Shown piece after piece: positions 48,248 through 56,242 of a stretch of DNA of 64,000 nucleotides (its first letter is position 1; every line of letters starts with the position of its first letter). The position numbers and the translations under genes were made by a program. Under the pieces are notes generated by a model. That model made no database searches. It saw nothing but the letters and a program-made list of their open reading frames with translations, and was not told the origin of the DNA. The DNA is from Escherichia coli (GTDB taxonomy: Bacteria; Pseudomonadota; Gammaproteobacteria; Enterobacterales; Enterobacteriaceae): the NCBI RefSeq assembly GCF_003790525.1, contig NZ_CP033635.1. The stretch is one strand, 5' to 3'.

Positions 48248-49411
48248 ATGTTCACGGTAAATTATCAGACCAACAGGATTAGTCCGGTTAAGACGAAGAG
48301 ATTCAGTGAGTTGGGCTTTACTGAGCGCAAAAATCTTCAGGAATGGTTGGCACACGAGCCTTCCGCACTGGGTGAAGAGCTGCTGATTATTCAAAAAGAG
48401 TTCGATGGCTTTGATGACACCCGTGAACGCTTAGATTTACTGGCACTGGATAAAGATGGCAACTTGGTCATTATTGAAAACAAGCTGGACGATAGTGGCC
48501 GCGATGTGGTGTGGCAGGCGCTTAAATATGCCTCCTACTGCGCAAGTTTAACCAAAGCGCAAATCGTTGAAATTTACCAGCAGTACTTAGACCGCTATGA
48601 GCCTGTAACAGGAGAGGTTGACTTGTTTAATACCCCTGCAAGTGCCTCTGCTAGAATATGTGAGTTTTTGGATGCGCCCGATCTCGATGAGTTAAAGCTC
48701 AACCTGGGTAACAGCCAGCGCATTATGTTAGTTGCGGCAAACTTTCGCAAAGAAGTGACCAGCACCGCGCTGTGGTTATTGGGTCAAGGCATTAGCATTG
48801 CCTGCTTCAAAATCACGCCTTATTCACTGGGTGAACAGCTACTGATTAATATTGACCAGATCATTCCAACGCCAGAAGCGAAAGAGTTGATGATCGGCAT
48901 TAATGCCAAGGAAGCGGAAGAAAAAACCACCGAAGTGGTACTAAAAAACCGCCATACCGTGCGTCGCGAGTACTGGGAGCGTGCCTTAGAGGCGTTTCAG
49001 AAAAGCTCTTGCCAACTCTATAACAACATTAGCCCAAGCAAAGATCATTGGTTATCAGCAGGCTCAGGGCTAAGTGGATGTCCGTATAACCTGATATTTC
49101 TGCAAAAAGAGCTTCGAGTAGAGCTTTGGATCAGCCGTGGGGTTACCGAAGAGAATAAATACCTTTTTGATTTGTTGAGTCAGTCCAAACAAGACATTGA
49201 GCATACTTTTGGTGCAGAACTTGAGTGGATGAGGCTGGATGAGAAGAAATCTTGCCGTATCCAGTTTTCGACCAAAGCTGACGGGTTTAACAAAGAGACT
49301 TGGCCCCAAGCGGTTGCGTGGCACTTAGAGCAGATGACAAAGTTAGAAAAAGCCTTAAAAGGACCGCTGCAAAAAGCGGCTGAGGCAATGAAACAGAAGA
49401 ATTTTGATTAA
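48248..49411 (+). CDS. PD-(D/E)xK nuclease-fold protein with DUF4268-like C-terminal region, embedded between hsdS and hsdR
   Basis: 387-aa ORF; RERLDLLALDKDGNLVIIENKLDD ... QALKYASY gives a D / ExK / QxxxY (RecB-type) motif series; 9 bp after hsdS and 14 bp before hsdR. Confidence 0.5.
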   Translation: MFTVNYQTNRISPVKTKRFSELGFTERKNLQEWLAHEPSALGEELLIIQKEFDGFDDTRERLDLLALDKDGNLVIIENKLDDSGRDVVWQALKYASYCASLTKAQIVEIYQQYLDRYEPVTGEVDLFNTPASASARICEFLDAPDLDELKLNLGNSQRIMLVAANFRKEVTSTALWLLGQGISIACFKITPYSLGEQLLINIDQIIPTPEAKELMIGINAKEAEEKTTEVVLKNRHTVRREYWERALEAFQKSSCQLYNNISPSKDHWLSAGSGLSGCPYNLIFLQKELRVELWISRGVTEENKYLFDLLSQSKQDIEHTFGAELEWMRLDEKKSCRIQFSTKADGFNKETWPQAVAWHLEQMTKLEKALKGPLQKAAEAMKQKNFD

Positions 49412-49425
49412 GGGAATTTACAATT

Positions 49426-52400
49426 ATGGTCAGTCAAACCAATGAACAAGCATTAGAGTCGGCCATTGAGAAATGTCTGGCTGGGATCAGTACTGAAGAG
49501 CTTAAAGAGGGACTGAGTCAGCAGTCACTGGGTGCTGGATACTTCATTGGTGCTGCTAGTGACTTTAATATGCAATATGCCATTGATGAACGTTTTTTCT
49601 GGCAATTTCTGCAAAAGACACAAGAAGTAGAGTTGGCCAAACTGCAAAAGAACAACCCCTCAGATTGGCAACGTAAGTTACTCGAACGATTTGACCGACT
49701 GATTAAGAAGCATGGCATTCTTCATTTACTTAAGAAAGGGCTAAGCGTAGACGATGCTCATTTCAATTTGCTCTATCCAGCCCCTTTGGCAAGTAGTAGT
49801 GAGAAGGTAAAGCAAAACTTTGCAGATAACGTGTTTAGTTGTACTCGCCAAGTGCGCTATTCCATGGTAAATCCCCTACAAGAAATCGACATGGTATTGT
49901 TTATCAACGGAATACCCTTGATAACGCTGGAGTTGAAGAACGCATGGACCGGGCAAACAGCACGTTATCACGGCCAAAAGCAGTATCGAGATGATCGGGA
50001 TGCAACTCAGCCATTGCTGACCTTTGGCCGCTGCCTAGTGCATATGGCGGTCGATACCGACGAAGTGTATATGACCACCAAGTTATCAGGTAGCAGTACA
50101 TTCTTCTTGCCGTTCAATAAAGGTCACAATCTTGGACAAGGCAACCCGCCGAATCCATCTGGCCATAAAACGGCATACCTATGGCAAGAAGTATTCACTA
50201 AAGACAGCTTGGCGAATATTATTCAGCATTTTGTGCGTCTGGATGGGTCAAGCAAAGATCCATTACCAAAGCGAACCCTGTTCTTTCCTCGATACCATCA
50301 ATTGGATGTGGTGAGAAAATTAGTAGACCATGCCGCCCAGCACGGTGTCGGTCAGACTTACTTAATTCAACACTCAGCCGGTTCAGGTAAGTCTAACTCG
50401 ATTACCTGGGCAGCTTATCAGCTAATTGAAACCTATCCTGCTTCGTCTGATGTGGCAGGCGGAAAAAGCTTGGAGCAGCCGTTGTTTGACTCTGTGATTG
50501 TGGTCACCGATAGACGCCTATTGGACAAGCAGCTGCGGGATAACATTAAAGAGTTTTCTGAAGTAAAGAACATTATTGCCCCAGCGAATAAGTCTTCTGA
50601 GCTTAAGCAGGCGCTGGAGAATGGCAAAAAGATTATTATAACGACGATTCAGAAATTCCCGTTCATTATTGATGGTATCGCCGATCTTAGTGACAAGCGC
50701 TTTGCAGTGATCATCGATGAAGCACACAGCTCACAGTCTGGTTCGGCGCATGACAATATGAACCGAGCGATGGGCAAGTCTGAAGTCGAAGAGGCAGAAG
50801 ATGCTCAGGATAAAATCCTTCAGGCGATGAGATCGCGTAAGATGCGCGGGAATGCGTCGTACCTGGCATTTACAGCGACACCAAAAAACAGCACTTTGGA
50901 GAAATTTGGTCAACGCCAAGAAGATGGCTCTTACAAGCCGTTTCACTTGTATTCGATGAAACAAGCCATTGAAGAAGGCTTCATCTTGGATGTGCTGGCA
51001 AATTATACGACGTACAAAAGTTATTATGAGATTGAGAAATCAATTGCTGATAACCCTGAGTTTGATACCAAAAAGGCGCAGAAAAAACTCAGAGCTTATG
51101 TAGAACGAAGCCAGCAAACAATTGATATCAAGGCAGAGATTATGCTGGAGCATTTTGTTCCGCATGTCGTGAATACGAAAAAGCTCAAAGGTAAAGGTAA
51201 AGGAATGGTGGTCACTCAAAATATTGAGGCGGCCATTCGATACTACAAAGCGATAAGGCGAATACTTGAGGAGCAAGGAAACCCGTTTAAAGTTGCCATT
51301 GCTTTCTCAGGAACCAAAGAAGTTGATGGTATTGAATATACCGAAGCAGATATTAATGGTTTTGCCGAGTCAGATACCAAAGATATGTTTGATACCGATG
51401 AGTATCGACTTTTAGTGGTTGCTAACAAGTATCTGACTGGGTTTGACCAGCCTAAGCTTTGCGCCATGTATGTAGATAAGAAGCTCGCCAGTGTCTTGTG
51501 TGTTCAGGCGCTATCTAGGCTCAATCGCAGTGCACCTAAGCTAGGGAAGAAAACAGAAGACTTGTTTATCCTGGATTTTTTCAACTCGGTTGAAGATATT
51601 CAATCAGCATTCGATCCTTTCTATACAGCAACGTCATTGTCCCAAGCTACAGATATAAACGTACTGCACGAGTTGAAAGATGAAATGGACGATGTCGGTG
51701 TGTACGAGTGGTATGAAGTTGAAGACTTTGTGACGCGTTATTTCAAGAATGAAGACGCCCAAACACTCAGTCCAATCATTGATATTGCCGCAGCGCGGTT
51801 TGACCATGAACTAGATCTTGAAGCTGAAGCTAAAGTGGACTTTAAGATTAAAGCCAAACAGTTCGTTAAAATCTATGGGCAGATGGCTTCTATCATGCCT
51901 TATGAAATGGTCAGCTGGGAAAAACTGTTTTGGTTCCTGAAGTTTTTAATACCGAAATTGAAAGTGGAAGATCCCGATGCTGATGCTATTGATGAGCTTC
52001 TCGATTCTGTCGATCTGAGTTCATACGGTTTGCAACGTGTGAAGCTTAACCACAGCATTAAACTTAGTGACCAAGAAGCGGAGCTTGATCCTCAAAATCC
52101 GAACCCACGTGGGGTGCATGGCGGTGAAAAAGAAACTGACCCGCTGGATGAAATCATTCGCACATTTAATGAGCGATGGTTCCAGGGCTGGAGTGCCACA
52201 CCTGAAGAGCAAAAGGTTAAGTTCGTGAACATCGCTGAAAGTATCCGCAATCACCCTGACTTCGAATCGAAATACAAAAACAACCCAGATCCCCATAATC
52301 GAGATTTGGCCTTCGAAAAAATGCTCAAGGAAATCATGCTGCAACGCCGTAAAGATGAACTTGAGCTCTACAAGTTGTTCGCAGGAGATTCAGCATTTAA

Positions 52401-52443
52401 AGCCTCGTGGACGCAAAGTATGCAACGAATGGTAGGTAGGTAG
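49426..52443 (+). CDS. hsdR: Type I restriction enzyme endonuclease/helicase subunit HsdR
   Basis: 1005-aa ORF; SF2 helicase motifs (HSAGSGKS Walker A, IIDEAHSS DEAH box) downstream of an N-terminal nuclease region. Confidence 0.85.
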   Translation: MVSQTNEQALESAIEKCLAGISTEELKEGLSQQSLGAGYFIGAASDFNMQYAIDERFFWQFLQKTQEVELAKLQKNNPSDWQRKLLERFDRLIKKHGILHLLKKGLSVDDAHFNLLYPAPLASSSEKVKQNFADNVFSCTRQVRYSMVNPLQEIDMVLFINGIPLITLELKNAWTGQTARYHGQKQYRDDRDATQPLLTFGRCLVHMAVDTDEVYMTTKLSGSSTFFLPFNKGHNLGQGNPPNPSGHKTAYLWQEVFTKDSLANIIQHFVRLDGSSKDPLPKRTLFFPRYHQLDVVRKLVDHAAQHGVGQTYLIQHSAGSGKSNSITWAAYQLIETYPASSDVAGGKSLEQPLFDSVIVVTDRRLLDKQLRDNIKEFSEVKNIIAPANKSSELKQALENGKKIIITTIQKFPFIIDGIADLSDKRFAVIIDEAHSSQSGSAHDNMNRAMGKSEVEEAEDAQDKILQAMRSRKMRGNASYLAFTATPKNSTLEKFGQRQEDGSYKPFHLYSMKQAIEEGFILDVLANYTTYKSYYEIEKSIADNPEFDTKKAQKKLRAYVERSQQTIDIKAEIMLEHFVPHVVNTKKLKGKGKGMVVTQNIEAAIRYYKAIRRILEEQGNPFKVAIAFSGTKEVDGIEYTEADINGFAESDTKDMFDTDEYRLLVVANKYLTGFDQPKLCAMYVDKKLASVLCVQALSRLNRSAPKLGKKTEDLFILDFFNSVEDIQSAFDPFYTATSLSQATDINVLHELKDEMDDVGVYEWYEVEDFVTRYFKNEDAQTLSPIIDIAAARFDHELDLEAEAKVDFKIKAKQFVKIYGQMASIMPYEMVSWEKLFWFLKFLIPKLKVEDPDADAIDELLDSVDLSSYGLQRVKLNHSIKLSDQEAELDPQNPNPRGVHGGEKETDPLDEIIRTFNERWFQGWSATPEEQKVKFVNIAESIRNHPDFESKYKNNPDPHNRDLAFEKMLKEIMLQRRKDELELYKLFAGDSAFKASWTQSMQRMVGR

Positions 52444-52468
52444 GTAGAAAGGAGTGATGGTTTGCTGA

Positions 52469-52591
52469 AGGCAGTCTCAGAGTTATTAGGTGGGTCACCA
52501 GGCCTGAAAGGACGTCAAATTGCCAAGGAGCTGGGGCTGGATAAGTCACAAGTGAACTCGTTTCTTCACAAACACCAGGATACGTTTTGAA
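52469..52591 (+). pseudogene. 5' fragment of a small HTH gene truncated by the IS911 left end
   Basis: TTG-initiated frame LLKAVSELLGGSPGLKGRQIAKELGLDKSQVNSFLHKHQDTF ends in a TGA supplied by the first bases of the IS911 IR. Confidence 0.3.
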
Positions 52592-52922
52592 GTGGCACAC
52601 TGAATTTGGCCACCTGAACAGAGGTGATATGCTCACCTCAGAACAACACAGGTGCTCCAATGAAAAAAAGAAATTTCAGCGCAGAGTTTAAACGCGAATC
52701 CGCTCAACTGGTTGTTGACCAGAACTACACGGTGGCAGATGTCGCCAAAGCTATGGATGTTGGCCTTTCCACAATGACAAGATGGGTCAAACAACTGCGT
52801 GATGAGCGTCAGGGCAAAACACCAAAAGCCTCTCCGATAACACCAGAACAAATCGAAATACGTGAGCTGAGGAAAAAGCTACAACGCATTGAAATGGAGA
52901 ATGAAATATTAAAAAAGGCTAC
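52589..52922 (+). mobile_element. IS911 5' part: left IR and truncated orfA, interrupted by IS30
   Basis: tgaagtggcacactgaatttggccacc terminal repeat; orf[36 protein letters not shown]... ends abruptly after ...ILKKAT where IS30 terminal sequence begins. Confidence 0.7.
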
Positions 52923-53685
52923 TGTAGATTCAATCTGTCAATGCAACACCCCTTTCAATTATCTCTTTCGGTGTTTTGAACTTCAGTGTCTTTCTCGGTC
53001 TGTTGTTTAGCTGAGCAGCAACCAGATCTAGTTCATGTTGAGTATATTGGGCAAGACATGTCTTTTTAGGAAAGTACTGCCGAATTAGCCCATTTGTGTT
53101 CTCATTTGTTCCCCGCTGCCAAGGACTCTGAGGATCGCAGAAGTAAACTTTAACGCCGGTGCTGACAGTAAATTCTAGATGTCTGGCCAGTTCCATTCCT
53201 CTGTCCCATGTCAGTGATTTTCTGAGTTCTGACGGTAAACTCAGGAATTTGTCGGTAAGAGCCTGATTTACTGAGACAGAATCTTTGCCCCTGAGTCTAA
53301 GGATGATCGTATAACGTGATTTTCGGTCTACAAGTGTGGCTATATGAGAGTTTTTTGTACCTGAGACTAAATCGCCCTCCCAATGCCCCAGAGAGCGTCT
53401 GTTATCGATATTTCGGGAACGTTCGTGAATTGGTGTTCCGTTCACTATGTTAATCGTACCTCTTTCGCCTTTGCGGGTATGACGCCTGCCATGGCGAAGG
53501 CTATGCGACCGTCGCAGATGCTGTATATTCAGGTGGTGTAGCGCTTCACGGCTACGAAAGTACAGCGTTTTATAAATTGTCTCAGGTGATATTCGCAGCG
53601 TTTTTTGACGTGGTTTTGTTCGCCTTAACCATCCTGATATTTGCTCTGGAGACCATTTCATCTCCAGCTTTTCCAGAACAAGGTA
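52923..53685 (-). mobile_element. IS30 3' portion (right IR plus C-terminal ~255 codons of the transposase), 5'-truncated
   Basis: Terminal tgtagattcaatctgtcaatgcaacacc at 52923; transposase frame (track ORF 52930..53847) is IS30-like from ...LVLEKLEMKWSPEQISGW... to ...[10 protein letters not shown]; upstream ORF codons derive from unrelated sequence. Confidence 0.7.
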
Positions 53686-54271
53686 AGCGTAAACCGACCG
53701 CCGTATGTAGCCATTAGACAAGAATTGGTAACTTAGACGCCCATCTGACACAGACGGACATCTAAGTATGGAATTACAGGACTGGCGAAAAGAACCTCTA
53801 AAAAGTATTCGAATGAATTCAAACTTCGTATGATTGACTGGCATCACAACCCGGTGCTTGTGTGGCCCAGATTGCTCGAGAAAATGGCGTCAATGATAAT
53901 GTTATTTTCAAATGGCTCAGACTTTGGCAAAACGAAGGGCGTATATCGCGGCGTCTTCCGGTAACAACCTCTTCTGACACTGGCGTTGAATTATTACCTG
54001 TGGAGATAACGCCGGATGAGCCGCAAGAACCGGTGGCTGCTCTTACTCCGTCTTTATCCACCCAGACTACTGTCAGTGCCAGCTCCTGCAAGGTGGAGTT
54101 CCGTCACGGTAACATGACGCTGGAAAATCCTTCACCAGATCTGCTCACAGTGTTGCTCCGTGAACTGAGCGGGAGGGGACAATGATCTCACTCCCGTCAG
54201 GTACCCGCATCTGGCTGGGTGCCGGCATTACCGATATGCGTAAATCCTTCAACGGATACGACATATGCTGA
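53686..54271 (+). mobile_element. IS66-family 5' portion: left end, tnpA (orf1) and the first ~30 codons of tnpB
   Basis: Begins gtaagcgtaaaccgaccgcc; ORF 53862..54185 (MAQIARENGVNDNVIFKWLRLWQNEGRISRR, HTH-like); 54182 starts MISLPSGTRIWLGAGITDMRKSFNG (IS66 TnpB N-terminus) then stops. Confidence 0.5.
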
Positions 54272-54997
54272 AGGAGGAGCAGTAATGGATTAAGTGATAA
54301 CAAATGCCCAGAAATAGAGGTTTAAATCCTGCTTAGTTAGTACATAAATACTATTTTGATGAAAATTATTATATGTCACCTCGGATTTTAATCAGGCGCC
54401 CAGATTAAATCAAGTATTGAGCGCCTGATTATGTTTATTCATTAATATCTGTCATTGATTGTCTTATTATCAGTTACCCCCGTCTTAATCAGAGTTTTCA
54501 TTTATTTTTAATGCATAATCAGATGCCGCCTCATCATTATCCTCAGTATTATCATAGCCGAAAACTTCTCCCGGGCACGGGCGTTCACGATAATAGTCAT
54601 CGTTATAGTTTTCATCGTCAGATAATGATATGTCGTATTCTGAATATGATTCACCACAATTATACATAAAATCATCTCCTTTGGGATTGTTACAATAATT
54701 AGTGAGTTTATTCGAAAAAATAATGAGCGCCAGACCAATCCACCCGACTTTTGATTATAATCATGAAGATACCTGTCTCAGTACAAATAGAATCAAACTC
54801 AATACAGCATGATTCACCTTTATATTCTCTCAGGGAAACCAAATACCACTATTCAACTATTAAGAATAAAATTCTGGAGGTGCGATTATCTGAAGATACC
54901 TGCATCCTAAATAATTTCAGACAGATATTATCTCCGTGAATCCCCCGCCACCTTTCCGGTGCGCGGGGTTTTGTCTTTTTTCACCGGGAATACATGT

Positions 54998-55870
54998 ATG
55001 AATCCGTCTGATGCCATTGAGGCAATTGAAAAACCACTGGCCTCCCTGCCTAATTCGCTTTCCCGCCATATCCTCGAACATCTGCGCAAACTCACCAGCC
55101 ACGAACCCGTGATTGGCATTATGGGTAAAAGCGGGGCCGGTAAATCCTCACTCTGTAATGCACTGTTTCAGGGGGAGGTCACCCCGGTCAGTGATGTTCA
55201 CGCCGGCACCCGGGAAGTGCGGCGCTTCCGTCTGAGTGGCCACGGTCACAGCATGATTATCACTGACCTGCCCGGGGTGGGCGAGAGCCGGGACAGGGAT
55301 GCAGAGTATGAAGCCCTGTACCGTGACATTCTGCCTGAACTTGACCTGGTACTGTGGCTGATTAAAGCCGATGACCGTGCCCTGTCTGTGGATGAGTATT
55401 TCTGGCGACACATCCTGCACCGGGGACATCAGCAGGTGCTGTTTGTGGTGACGCAGGCCGACAAAACGGAGCCCTGCCATGAATGGGATATGGCCGGCAT
55501 TCAGCCTTCTCCCGCACAGGCACAGAACATTCGTGAGAAAACAGATGCGGTATTCCGGCTGTTCCGGCCCGTACATCCGGTTGTGGCCGTATCGGCCCGC
55601 ACCGGCTGGGAACTGGATACGCTGGTCAGTGCGCTCATGACAGCACTTCCCGACCATGCCGCCAGTCCCCTGATGACCCGCCTGCAGGACGAGCTGTGCA
55701 CGGAATCTGTCCGGGGGCAGGCCCGTGAACAGTTTACCGGTGCGGTGGACCGGATATTTGACACGGCGGAGAGCGTCTGTGTTGCCTCTGTGGCTCGTAC
55801 GGTTCTGCGTGCCGTCCGTGACACGGTGGTCTCTGTTGCCCGCGCTGTATGGAACTGGATTTTCTTCTGA
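54998..55870 (+). CDS. YeeP/YfjP/YkfA-family P-loop GTPase
   Basis: Track ORF 54959..55870; start placed at MNPSDAIEAIEK; Walker A GKSGAGKSS and DLPGVGE G3-like motif; sits upstream of Ag43 as in CP4-44. Confidence 0.7.
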   Translation: MNPSDAIEAIEKPLASLPNSLSRHILEHLRKLTSHEPVIGIMGKSGAGKSSLCNALFQGEVTPVSDVHAGTREVRRFRLSGHGHSMIITDLPGVGESRDRDAEYEALYRDILPELDLVLWLIKADDRALSVDEYFWRHILHRGHQQVLFVVTQADKTEPCHEWDMAGIQPSPAQAQNIREKTDAVFRLFRPVHPVVAVSARTGWELDTLVSALMTALPDHAASPLMTRLQDELCTESVRGQAREQFTGAVDRIFDTAESVCVASVARTVLRAVRDTVVSVARAVWNWIFF

Positions 55871-56242
55871 ACAGTCTGCCAGGGGAAATGCCTGATTACA
55901 TTGCGTTAACCAACTGAAAACATGACACAAACACCTCATCCCCCTCCTGTTTCTCTTGCGTGACTGCCTTGCTGTTAATAGAACAAAACGATCAATAAGA
56001 CAGGTGTCGATCGTTGCCATCGATCGTTTGTAGTGGTTAATGGTCTGCGAAAAGGCAGCTGAATCTCTTCATCATGCATAACGGAATTGCACACAACGGA
56101 CTGATACTTCTCTGGCGGATGAGAGAGGGAAAGCATTTATGTCCGGGAAAAACCACTTTATCTGACCATGCTGTTTTGTACCTGCCGGTATCCACTTTTG
56201 TGGGTACCGGCTTTTTTATTCACCCTCTGTAAGGAAAAGCTG

